Assembly (NCBI RefSeq): GCF_964213995.1
Contig: NW_027590224.1
Coordinates: 496,001 to 560,000, forward strand
DNA length: 64,000 bases
DNA from: Mustelus asterias
Lineage: Eukaryota
Direction of reading: 5' to 3'
This document shows positions 12,824 through 24,049 of the stretch, piece by piece (the first letter of the stretch is position 1; each line of letters opens with the position of its first letter). Both the position numbers and the translations under genes were made by a program. The notes beneath the pieces are model-generated. The model searched no databases and had not been told where the DNA came from. It saw only the letters and a program-made list of their open reading frames with translations.

Positions 12824-14570
12824 GTCATGATGTGGAGATGCTGGCGTTGGACTGGGGTAAACACAGTAAGGAGTCTAACTCGGAGCACTCCTCGTCACAA
12901 TGGATGTCTCGGCACTCCACACCAGCATCCCCCACGACGATGGCATTGCTACAACTGCCTCAGCACTCAACGCCGACAACTGCCAGTTTCTCATGCAATT
13001 TTACAACTCATCCATTTCATCCTGGACCACAATGTCTTCACCTTCAACAACCAGTTCTTCATCCAGACACACGGAACAGCCATGGGGACCAAATTTGCAC
13101 CTCAATATGCCAACATCTTCTTGCACAGGTTCGAACTAGACTTCTTCACCACACAGGACCTTCAACCGATGCTATGCACTGGATACATCGATGACATTTT
13201 CTTCCTTTGGACTCATGGTGAACAATCACTGAAACAACTATGTGATGACATCAACAAGTTCCATCCCACCATCAGACTCACTATGGACTACTCTCCAGAA
13301 TCAGTTGCATTCTTGGACACACACATCTCCATAAAGGACGGTCACCTCAGCACCTCACTGTACCGCAAGCCCACGGATAACCTCACGATGCTCCACTTCT
13401 CCAGCTTCCACCCTAAACACGTTAAAGAAGCCATCCCCTACGGACAAGCCCTCCGTATACACAGGATCTGCTCGGATGAAGAGGATCGCAACAGACACCT
13501 CCAGAGGCTGATAGGTGCCCTCATAAGAACAGGATATGGCGCTCGACTCATCGATCGACAGTTCCGACGCGCCACAGTGAAAAACCGCACCGACCTCCTC
13601 AGAAGACAAACACGGGACATGGTGGACAGAGTACCCTTCGTCGTCCAGTACTTCCCCGGAGCGGAGAAGCTACGACATCTCCTCCGGAGCCTTCAACATG
13701 TCATTGATGAAGACGAACATCTCGCCAAGGCCATCCCCACACCCCCACTTCTTGCCTTCAAACAACCGCACAACCTCAAACAGACCATTGTCCACAGCAA
13801 ACTACCCAGCCTTCAGGAGAACAGTGACCACGACACCACACAACCCTGCCACAGCAACCTCTGCAAGACGTGCCGGATCATCGACATGGATGCCATCATC
13901 TCACGTGAGAACACCATCCACCAGGTACACGGTACATACTCTTGCAACTCGGCCAACGTTGTCCACCTGATACGCTGCAGGAAAGGATGTCCCGAGGCAT
14001 GGTACATTGGGGAGACGATGCAGACGCAACGACAACAGATGAATGAACACCGCTCGACAATCATCAGGCAAGACTGTTCTCTTCCTGTTGGGGAACACTT
14101 CAGCGGTCACGGGCATTCGGCCTCTGATGTTCGGGTAAGCGTTCTCCAAGGCGGCCTTCACAACACACGACAGCGCAGAGTCGCTGAGCAGAGACTGATA
14201 GCCAGGTTCCGCACACAACCGGGATCTTGGGTTCATGTCACACTATCTGTCACCCCCACAACTTGCCTGGACTTGCAAAATCTCACTGGTTGTCCTGTCT
14301 GGAGACAATACACATCTCTTTAACCTGTGCTTAATGCTCTCTCCACTCACATTGTCTGTACCTTTAAGACTTGATTAGATGTAAAGACTCGCATTCCAAT
14401 CATTCTTCATTCTTCTGTAAATTGAGTTTGTGTCTTTATATGCCCTGTTTGCTGTTTGCTTGCAGATCTCCCACTCACCTGACGAAGGAGCAGCGCTCCG
14501 AAAGCTAGTGGCGTTTGCTACCAAATAAACCTGTTGGACTTTAACCTGGTGTTGTTAGACTCCTTACTGT
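12824..14570 (+). mobile_element. Penelope-like element: 5'-truncated RT + GIY-YIG endonuclease, pLTR, and a short inverted terminal piece at the left end
   Basis: GTAMGTKFAPQYANIF and YIDDIFFLW (RT); VVHLIRC...WYIGET (GIY-YIG); inverted tail 12824-12880; flanking duplication tgtcaagggata (12812-12823 / 14568-14579). Confidence 0.9.
14476..14510 (+). ncRNA. Minimal type I hammerhead ribozyme in Penelope pLTR
   Basis: CAC-CTGACGA-A-GGAGC agc GCTCC-GAAA-GCTA-GTG: intact core, stem II, palindromic AGCT stem III, stem I CAC/GTG. Confidence 0.8.
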
Positions 14571-15454
14571 CAAGGGATATGCAGGATTCAATAGAGGAAA
14601 AGGGAGACTTGTGACAGTTACAGGGGGCTCAACACAGTGGATGCCCAAGAGGAGTTTAAAAAGTTCAGGGGGCACTTCAAAAAAATTAGGAGAGCGAAAA
14701 GGGAGCATGAAAAAGCACCGGTGGACAAAGTAAAGGAAAATCACAAGGTGTTTTATAAGTATATTAAGGGCAAGAGGATAACCATAGAAGAAGCAGGACC
14801 CACTAGGGACCAAAGTGACAGCCTCTATGGAGCTGGAAGGCGTCAGTGAGGTATTAAATGAATACTTTGCATCTTGAAAACAGGGAGGGGACTGTGATAT
14901 AATTGAACAGATTAACATTGGGAGGGAGGAGGTGTTAGCAGTTCTGGTGGGGCTAAAACAGGATAAACCTCCAGGCCCAGGTGAGATGTATCTTAGGCTG
15001 CTTTGTGAGGCAGTAGCTCTGAGGCTAATTTTCAAATTCTTTCTGGCCACTACTTTTATATACCATTCCTGCTACAATAAACACCAGGAGAGATTTTAGC
15101 ACTGTAAATGTGGGGAATGTAGAGATACAGTTTAATTATCCATTTCCCAGCTGAGTTCCAGCCGGATTGGGAGGCTGGCTAACTCACACAGGAAGGGCTG
15201 CTGCCAGGAATTGGAGAGGACGGATTGATCATCGAGTCTGGGTAGAAATCACGTGTTGGCCATATATAGGATGGGAGGTTACACATGGCAGATTTACTTG
15301 AGGGGGAGAAGCATTGGAGGGACTGGGGGAACTCCGGCTACTCACAACCTCAAGCAGGTGGGTGGATGGATCCAACCATTCTCAGCTCCCTTCAGCTTTT
15401 GCGTTTGCTGTGACTTTGGAAATCTGTCACGAATTGTGAAATATCGAAGTCTAC

Positions 15455-16600
15455 GGGCGCGATCTTAAGACCTTGTCCTGCCCGACTTTCATCGAGGCGA
15501 GATGATAAGATCGGGCAGGAGACGAAAAATGAAAAGCATGCCTGGTTTTACACCTCCCCTGGTTGTACCGGCCCTGTTTTGCCAATTTAAATATCAATGA
15601 CATGCTTAGTGATTTAACAAAAAAAATTCTATGTGCTGAACTTGTACAAAAAACAGGAGAGTTTCAGACCTGTTTTTTGGGTTTGGCCGAGTTGGAAATT
15701 GCAATCTTGTGGCAAAAAAAGAGCCAAGATGCGATTCTCACCAGTGAGCGTAGTGGGTGTAGAGCCTGAGCTCGCCGGGGATGCCGGCTATTGGGCTCCA
15801 GGGGCACCATTGCACAGGCACCCCAATCTCCCCGAGTCAGCATGTCGTTAATACGTCCCAGACGCTATCATCCAGGCTCACTTACCTTAACCACCTTAGC
15901 CTGGCACTGTCTGCCTGGCACCCTGGCACTGCCACCGGGCACCATAACTGCCAGGAGCAATGCCAAGGGGGTGGGAGTTCATTGGAACAGAGGCTAAGGG
16001 GTGGAGCTACATGACAGGGAGGGAGGCAATAGGAACTCTGCAGGGGTGGGAGAGAAGGGGGAATTCTGCCAGGCTGGGAGGGAAGAGGGGAACTCCGCTG
16101 GAGTGGGAAGGAAGGAGGGAACTCTGCCAGGCTGGGAGGGAAGGGTGGAACTCTGCATGGGGTGGGAATTGGGATGAGTGGGAGGAAAGTGAACTCTGCA
16201 GAAGGGATGGTATTTGGGGTGGGAGGGAAGAAACTCTGCTGGGGGGGAGCAATTGGTGGGTGTGGCGATGTCCATGTGGCGAGTGGGAGACCCGCACAGG
16301 GAACAATTGGTGGTATGGGGGGGTTCTGATGTCCGTGGAGTGGGGGGGGGGGGTGGGGGTGGGGGTTGCAAGCAGGGCACCTCTGCAGTAGCGCCCCCAG
16401 AGATCAGCAGCCGGCTTCCCCGATGGGCTCAGGCTCCACACCCCCCTCCTCCCACCCTTGCTGGCGAGAATCACATCCTGTCCCTTTTTTGCACTAAATG
16501 CCGTAAGATTGCATTTTCATACTCCCCAAAAAACAGGTCTGAAACTCTCCCGTTTTCTCACTCGTTCAGCACTTCGAATTGTTTTGGCTAAATCGCGCCA
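15455..16600. mobile_element. Putative MITE/non-autonomous DNA transposon
   Basis: Termini gggcgcgatctta and ctaaatcgcgcca are imperfect inverted repeats; G-rich internal repeats. Confidence 0.4.
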
Positions 16601-16902
16601 AAATAAAATGTGAGGCGCACAGCCTGGCCTGTTTGCTAAAATTACTGAACCATATTTATCTGGTTCAGTGTCTTTGTGGCAAGTTCTGGTCATCTTCCAG
16701 AGTTTTCAGAATTTACTCTTGCTCCCTCCACCTTGACAATTAAAATTCGAATGGTTCTTCTCCATCAACATTTAAAGATCATTAAATACTGGAACATAAT
16801 CAGCAAGTTAGTTTCTCTCCACACTTGGCTGGAGAACCGAGTTTTTCTATTTTATTTTGGTTATTTTAGATTTCCAGCATTTGCAGTATTTTGTTTTGTA
16901 AC

Positions 16903-18265
16903 TGTAATAGCTGCGAAGTACAACCACAACTCGGCAGGTGAACACTAAACAAAGTAGTTTATTGTGAAACAAATTATTATAGAGCAGAATGATGAATGCG
17001 ACTTTACTCTCCAACTCCCGGGCTCCAACTGAGGGACATCCCTTTCCCGGACCTGCGTTCTCCGCTGTGATCCGCCAGGTTTACGCGCTCTGCTGCAATA
17101 GGCCCATCAGGTCACATGACCCACAATCCACAGGGACAACAGTAGAATCATACAATCCCTACAGTACAGAAGAAGGCCATTCGGCCCATCGTGTCTGCAC
17201 CAACTCTCCGACAGAGCATCTTTCCCAGGCCCACTCGCTGTTCCCGTAACGCCATGCATTTACCATGGCTAATTCCCCCAACCTCCACATCTTGGGATAC
17301 CAAGGGACAATTTGCCATGGTCAATTCACCTAACCTGCACATCTTTGGACCTGGAGGAAACCCATGCAGACATGGGGAGAACGTGTAAACTGCACACAGA
17401 CAGTTGCCCAAGGCGCTGTGAGACGGCAGTGCTAACCACTCTGCCACCATGCCACCCCACATCACTCCTCCCTTAAGTTCCTGATTAACTCTATTTCCAA
17501 ACAGATAACTATTACAAACAGATAACTATTACAAACAGATAACTATTTGCAACAACAGACAATATTAAAGGAGGTAAAACAGTCAAGTTTCTCATAAGGT
17601 CAGTCTATCAGGAGACTTCCAAATTCTCTGAGCTCCCTGATAGGTTCTTCCTCAGTTGAGGTAGTGATGTCTTGAGCAACAGTTGGGTGGCTTTCAGTAT
17701 CAGAAGGTGTGTTAATGCAAATACCTTCTCCAGTTCCCACTGGAAAAACACGGGGCCTTTCCTCTGGAGCAATGGGTCCCACTCAATTTGGGACCATTGG
17801 AGGAACGCTGATAGGTGCTGCTGGAACAACCTGCTCCACTTGTATTGTGTTAAGTTTCTCTCTTCCTTATGTGATCTAGTGTTTCATGACTTTTCTCCCT
17901 TGGAGGTCAACCAGGTAAGACACAGGGTCTGCTTTGCTAAGGTCTTCCCAGGGACCCAATCTGGACCAACATTAAAGTTCCAGATGTATACTAGGTCATT
18001 CACCTTGAACGATCTATCACCTTTAACAGGATTGTAATATATCTTTTGTGCACCGTTTCACCTCCACCCTCCCCACTAAATTGGGGGACACTAAGTCAAT
18101 CCTCGTCCAGAGACGCCTTCCCATCATTAGTTGCGAGTGGTGTCGTTCTATATGTAAGGAGGAATCTAGCAAGCTTTGATTGCAAAGATGTGGACTGCTG
18201 TTTCCTCATTGCTGATTTGAATGTCTAAACAGCCCTCTGCATTGAGCCATTCAAGACTGGGTGGT
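16903..18265 (-). mobile_element. Gypsy element A, 3' end: integrase relic, PPT and LTR (17464-16903)
   Basis: Minus strand TFKSAMRK...KLARFLLTYRTTP and WVPG motifs; PPT aagggaggag before TGATGTGG; LTR ends TTACA. Confidence 0.65.
17143..17456 (-). mobile_element. HE1-type V-SINE inserted in the Gypsy LTR
   Basis: Reverse complement of the same head, V-domain and tail. Confidence 0.85.
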
Positions 18266-19735
18266 TGTAATATCCGAACTGTGTTCGGGGTTGTGAGTTT
18301 TAAACAAAAAGAAATGATATGAGGCCCGATTTTACCATCAAGTTGCACCTGTTTTCGAGCACGAAAACCTGGTAAAGTCGGGCGTGAGGCGAGTAGCACG
18401 ATCCGTGCCCACCTCCATGCTTGCATGCATTTAAATTGACTTAATGGACTGCACGCCCAACCTTACCAGCACTTCCCCCTTTACCACCGCATTCGCCCAT
18501 CCTGAATCAGCGCAAAACAGACATGCTCCACAAAAGTCCAATTCGGGAGCTCCAATTAGTGAGGAGGTAAGTGCCGTGTGTCCAATAGCTCTCTGCTTGA
18601 GATCGATGGTCCGCTGCCATTCTGCCTGTGATCAGTGAGGGAGAAGGGGGGGAGGGGCCCACGATCAGTCTGGGTGGCGGGGGAGTGGGGGGGATAAGGG
18701 GGGTCGCAATGTTGTGGGGGTGGGGAATGTCTGTGGGGGCCAGGGGGAGGCATTGTTCAGCCCGGGAGGGATGTGGCAGGGGAGTTGCGTTCTATATATT
18801 TTTTTCTGCACATGCGCAGTTGGAGGCGTCGATCGGAGCTGCAGGATTTTGGGCGCGTTAAGCCCCGCCCACAGGCTTGTCCAGCGCCATTCAGAATTGC
18901 TGAAATTTTTTCAGGCAGAGTGCATATGGGGACGCCTAAGAACGGGTCTAAAAATCCGATCTGAAACATTCCCAGTTTCAAGTCCGCCCAGCACTTAGAA
19001 TCAAAATGGTAAAATAGGGCCCAGGCTTTGCACAAGTAGATTCAAACTAACAATAACAGATTTACTCTCGGAGGTCATCCCTGTACAGAGTAGAAACTGA
19101 AATTAAAAGCAGAAGCCTGTGAAACACCCTTAATGATGTCATCATCAAATCACTTGATCAGCTCTTAAAGCAATCATGCAACCAGTTAAATATATAACAT
19201 CCCTATCCTTTTACTTCTGTGGTCATGACACCAAATATTGTGGTGTTTTCAATAGGATCAATAATACTCTAGACACAGTACTAGGCATCATTGATTATTT
19301 ATACACAGTCAATAAGAAAGTCAATCAGGAGAATGTCTATTCCTCTTTGGTTGAATACGACATTTTGGAATGTGGCAATCCCTGATTCGAGAAGAATAAT
19401 TTGGAGCTTCAGTAGACACCTCTTTTGAACTAATTCTGTATCATATCACATGGTATAGTAGCAAAGACACAATCATATGACAACTCAGATTCAACTGAGT
19501 CTTCGCTCGTAGTACTCACAACACGAGGGACTAAATAAGTTGGTACTTCTGGAGATGATTCTGAAAAATCATTTCGAGATGACACCAATTGATTAGCGTG
19601 GTGTCACCGAACTAGTTCATCTCTGAGTAAGAAATTGGACGTATTATTGCTAAAACTATGGCTGGTATCCATTTCTCATTCGTGGCATAATTACACGCTA
19701 ACACGCGATCTGTTTGTTGAAATGAGTGTTGTCTT
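18266..19735 (-). mobile_element. Gypsy element B, 3' end (LTR 19199-18266, PPT, integrase C-terminus); continues at 38188-39665
   Basis: PPT aaaaggataggga before TGTTAT; minus-strand DRVLACNYATNEKWIPA joins across the ERV array to the integrase at 38188 onward. Confidence 0.65.
18322..19022. mobile_element. MITE-like element with 17-bp TIRs, inserted in the Gypsy B LTR
   Basis: aggcccgattttaccat (18322) versus reverse complement gggccctattttaccat (19022), 15/17 match; TSD unclear. Confidence 0.6.
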
Positions 19736-20375
19736 TGTAAAGGGGAAAATACAAGGGGGGCACACTCTAAAATGGCAATACAAGAAAGCACACTCTAAAA
19801 TGGCTGCCTGGCACATAAAGGGTTAACTGGGAAAGCCAAAAGAGCAGACACAGGCTCCTGCTGTTCAGAAAAAACCTAACAGACAAGCCATTTCCAAATC
19901 ACAGACAGTGACTCATAGCAAACAAACACCTCAGGAAGCCAAAGCCAAGGGTCAAGACATCTTTTAAGATAAGGAAACCCCAAAACAAAGAGCTTAGATT
20001 AATGTTAAAGGAAGGCGGGAAATATGAATGCGAGGGAACCGATTAGCACCTGAACGAGACGAAACTAGCCATTGATAGATACAGACATAAGGAGATGTAC
20101 CCATTCATAAAATGCTAAATGTCTATACCTGTTTGTATTCTTGTAAATATGGGGAAATGTACCCATTCATGAAATGCTAAATACTTGTAAATGTGATAAT
20201 CTTCGAATCACCGGTCTAACCCATTGTGTAAAGGGTATAAATTTGAACCGCTCCCGGTATACAATGGAGAGAAGGTTTACTACAGACCAAGTACTTTGTC
20301 TCTATGGAGCTCCATTTAATAAATCGTATTTTCTGAATCTCGAAGTCTGACTACTAGTGGATTTGTCCCACAACA
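19736..20375 (+). repeat. LTR 1 (640 bp; TATAAA 20236, AATAAA 20318)
   Basis: TGTAA...CAACA; about 3 differences from LTR 4 by eye. Confidence 0.95.
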
Positions 20376-20377
20376 AA

Positions 20378-20395
20378 TGGCGTAGTCGGCAGGAT
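20378..20395 (+). promoter_or_regulatory. Primer binding site complementary to tRNA-Ser (also at 28449-28466 and 33291-33308)
   Basis: TGGCGTAGTCGGCAGGAT is the 18-nt complement of the vertebrate tRNA-Ser 3' end ATCCTGCCGACTACGCCA (recalled), 2 nt after the LTR. Confidence 0.9.
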
Positions 20396-21125
20396 CCTAT
20401 TACTGGTGAGACCGATTGGCCATGGTCGCAACCGGGGTAGAGATCACGGAATCTGTGACAGTCGTACTGGATCAGAAAATACGGTTTATAAGGGGGAAAT
20501 ATTTGTACTGTGTATTTGTGATAGTATTTGTTATAGTGATAAGTACTAACTGCTGATAGGAATAAATAACTGTGATTTGTGCTGATCGACAAAAAGGACA
20601 AGGTAGTGCCTGTCTCAAAACCTCTGCCTTAGACTGGCTATTAAGAGCAGAAATCTGCCACGTGAAGGTCAGGAATTGAAGTGAGTGAGAGACACCAAGG
20701 GCACTAAAGGATTGTGAAGCACAAAAGGGCAGAAGTCGGTTTAACATCACCCTCTGTAGTGGCGAACAGACGCAGATGTGCCAGCTGATTGCATGAAAGT
20801 TTGAAAAGTTGGAAACTGTACTGTCAATGTGGTGAAAAGCGGGGCGGAACAGGAGTTTGATCAACTCTGACCTAAACCGAAATCCGGTGGAGAAGCACAT
20901 TGCCGAAGTGGTAATCGTGGAAGCCGTGAGTATAACTTAAAACCCTGTAACGGCAGTAAAACACGGTGTGAGAATAGCAATAGTGGCCGGGGGTAGTGAA
21001 GTCCCTACGGTAGTTAACACACTTTGCTAAGAGTAGTAATAGTGGCCGGGGGTAGTGAAGTCCCTACGGTAGTTAGCACACTTTACTAAAGAATAATCGT
21101 GGCCGGGGTTAGTGAAATCTGCGAA

Positions 21126-22175
21126 ATGGCAGATAGTGAAGTTAAAAGGGGATCTGCAGGTTCCCTGATTGAAATCTACATGACAGACAGGAAGGAGTTA
21201 ATAAAAAGAATGCAAAAGGATGGCTGGGATACTTCTCAAACCTTAGAGCAGCAGAGAAAGTGGATAGATAAAGTGAAAAGAGATAGAACAAAGAAAATAG
21301 GAATAATATTAACACATCAGTTAGCAGGTCTAATTGAACAAACAATTGCCTCTACAAGGAAATGGAGAGAGGACAAAGAAAGAATTAGAGAACTAGAATC
21401 CCAAGTGAGGGAATTGGAAAAACGAAATCAGGTTTTAGAAAGGCAAGGGGGAGGAGAAACTGATCCTCTACCTTCTTATGAGTCCACCCAGCAAGGGCCA
21501 ACGGCACCCTCAGAAGAGTGGGAACAGCTGGAACATAACTTAGCGCCCATAACTAGAGGGGGGACCGCAGCGCGACCCAAGGCAAATTATAAACCCTTTA
21601 CCCCAGGGGAAAGACAGCAGATAATGGCTTCCCTGGGCAAATTACAAACCAGAAGCGCGAACACCACATTCTGGGAGGAATTAGACACAATCTGGGTAGG
21701 ACATCAATTACACCTAAGAGACATACACCAACTGGTCAGGGCAGCCTGTCCAGCGGATAAATGGAGACAGGTAGTAGGTGGACCCGCTTCCCCTATAGCG
21801 CAGGATTATAGTGGGGGACGGTGGACACATGTAATCCCCCTAACAGCAGAAATAGATGCCCAACAGGCACCCTTCTTACAGTTTAAAGAAGAAATTCAGA
21901 GGGTCTTAGGGAATGCTCCCACTAACTGGAGCAGAATTACCACCACAAAGCAGCTAAAAGGAGAAGGAGCCTCTGAGTATGGGGAACGATTGTTCCGAAT
22001 ATACCAAGAGTGCTCAGGACATGAGAATCCAGGGCGAGGAGATCGAGCGTTCATCCAGGCTTTTAAGGATGGACTCTCTAGTTCTCACCAGGTCATCCTA
22101 AAAATGGGAGTGATTATGTCCCAAGATTACGATGAATTGGTAGAATGGGCTAGTGGCATACCTGCAGATGGATAG
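21126..22175 (+). CDS. gag: Gag-like polyprotein, 349 aa, uninterrupted (unit 1)
   Basis: ATG at 21126; coiled coil KERIRELESQVRELEKRN; late-domain motifs LPSY and PTAP; capsid MHR-like KQLKGEGASEYGERL; AFKDGL; no CCHC knuckle. Confidence 0.85.
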   Translation: MADSEVKRGSAGSLIEIYMTDRKELIKRMQKDGWDTSQTLEQQRKWIDKVKRDRTKKIGIILTHQLAGLIEQTIASTRKWREDKERIRELESQVRELEKRNQVLERQGGGETDPLPSYESTQQGPTAPSEEWEQLEHNLAPITRGGTAARPKANYKPFTPGERQQIMASLGKLQTRSANTTFWEELDTIWVGHQLHLRDIHQLVRAACPADKWRQVVGGPASPIAQDYSGGRWTHVIPLTAEIDAQQAPFLQFKEEIQRVLGNAPTNWSRITTTKQLKGEGASEYGERLFRIYQECSGHENPGRGDRAFIQAFKDGLSSSHQVILKMGVIMSQDYDELVEWASGIPADG

Positions 22176-23255
22176 GAGAGATCTTAGTTTTTGTATTTCA
22201 GTGTGTTTGTGAGATCTGGTAGCTTGTCGAATGTAGGTGGTTGTTGTTGTAATTAGATTGAGAGCAGGGAGCTCTTTGTTCCTGTGGAATGTTTGCTACA
22301 GGCAGTGGGTGCAGTGTATTGCACCTTGGTTTAGCCTCAGGGGGCTGGGAGAGTGTTAAAACTGTTAAAGATTAAAGTGATAAGATTTCTTGAATTTACT
22401 TCTGTTTTGAGTCAATTACAGTTTGGAAGAAAGAAGAATAAAAGCGATTGTCTTAATCAATGTTCTGTATTCTCTTTGAATGTTTTACACTCATCCCAGT
22501 CTGAAATGATAAGTTTGAATGAAAAAGGATGTACTGTGGAATGACTTTTGGAAGCTTCCATGTGTATGTGTGTGTGTGTTTAAACAAAGTGGTTGCGTGG
22601 ATGCTTTGTTGTTGTTTGTTTTAATGTTAAGAAAGGATTTAAACCTTGGAAGGAAGCATGTGCTCTTTCCTTTGTCTTGAAGTAGAAATTATAAGAGTTA
22701 GTCGAGGAGTTAAGAGAAGAAAATAAGTTATTTTGTGGAAAGGTAGAAAAGCAGGAACAAAAGACTGAGGTCTATGAATCAGTTTAAAGTATATCAAGTC
22801 AGTGAAATACAGTATTAATCGCAGAATATCGCGATTTGCGAACGTCAGATAGTTTAGTATCCTGAACTAGTTAAAATTATGTACTGCCATCGGAATTTCA
22901 TGAGCCATCAAGGTTCAAGGTTTGCCAAATATAAAAGCACTGCAAAGCTTAAAATCTAGCCAGTTAAGAAACCAAAATGTTCCTAATCAAATAACTGGTA
23001 TGTATTGTACCTGCTTTGATTTTGATTCGGCGCCTGTTACTTTTCCTAGAGTGCGGGGGTTTCGATCTGGAGCTCAGTTTAAAAATAGAAACGGCTTGAA
23101 TTAAAAGGGTTTGGATATCACGGTTACGATGTGTAAAGTGGTATGATACAACTGCCGCTTGATTATTTTTATTATACAGTATAGCACTGCCATATAGACA
23201 CAAGAATAACATCAAATCCTGAAAAGCCTTCACCCGCATAATTCGGGAGGCGGAG

Positions 23256-23999
23256 GTGGAAGTTGATAGGAGTTATAGAGAAATAGTAACTCCTAGAAAT
23301 GAGGCTTGGGTCAATGCCAGGAGGAGGGGTAAGAAGCAATCGGGAAGACAATCCCCTGGGGCGGTTCCCCTCCATAATAGGTTTTCGGTGCTGGAGGCTA
23401 CAGTTGAGGAGGAATCAACTGAGCATAGAGAGCAGATCTCTGGGGGTGAGCCGAGTGAGAAAGCTCAGGTGGTTAGGGGCTGTAAAAGACTGGGCCTTGT
23501 GATTGGGGACTCCACAATTAAGGGGACAGATAGGAGGGTCGGAACTAAAGGTAGGGACTCAGGGTTGGTGTGTTGCCTACCAGGGGCTGGGGTCCGGGAT
23601 GTGTCTGACAGGGTATTCAGGACTCTTAGGGGGGAGGGAGATAAACCACAAGTTATTGTACATGTGGGGACACACGACATAGGGAGGATAGGGGAAGGGG
23701 ATATTAGGCAGGGATTTATGGAGTTGGGGTGGAAACTAAAGGCCAAGACTGACAGAGTGGTTATCTCTGGACTCTTGCCTGTACCACGGGATAGTTTAGA
23801 GAGGAATAGGGAGAGGGAAGGTTTGAATTCATGGCTGAGGGGATGGTGCAGGAGGGAGGGGTTCAGGTACTTAAGCAATTGGGGCTCGTACTGGGGAAGG
23901 TGTGACCTCTATGAGAAGGATGGTCTACACCTTAATCAGAAGGGGACCAATATCCTGGGGGGTAAATTTGCTAAGGCCATGCAGGGAGGTTTAAACTGA
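23256..23999 (+). CDS. CR1 ORF1 C-terminal part, SGNH esterase-like domain
   Basis: VIGDS, VHVGTHD and DGLHLN SGNH blocks. Confidence 0.85.
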   Translation: MEVDRSYREIVTPRNEAWVNARRRGKKQSGRQSPGAVPLHNRFSVLEATVEEESTEHREQISGGEPSEKAQVVRGCKRLGLVIGDSTIKGTDRRVGTKGRDSGLVCCLPGAGVRDVSDRVFRTLRGEGDKPQVIVHVGTHDIGRIGEGDIRQGFMELGWKLKAKTDRVVISGLLPVPRDSLERNREREGLNSWLRGWCRREGFRYLSNWGSYWGRCDLYEKDGLHLNQKGTNILGGKFAKAMQGGLN

Positions 24000-24049
24000 T
24001 TCGGGGGGGGGGAGGGATCCTGAGTAGTGGGGCTGAAAGTGAGGGATGC

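Larger units (their letters stand above)
11955..15050 (+). mobile_element. Old degraded CR1 LINE ORF2 (endonuclease/tether), split by a Penelope insertion
   Basis: EAIWVEL, FGDSDHN, IRRAKREHEK, KENHKVFYKYIK motifs with frameshifts; the sequence resumes after 14570. Confidence 0.8.
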
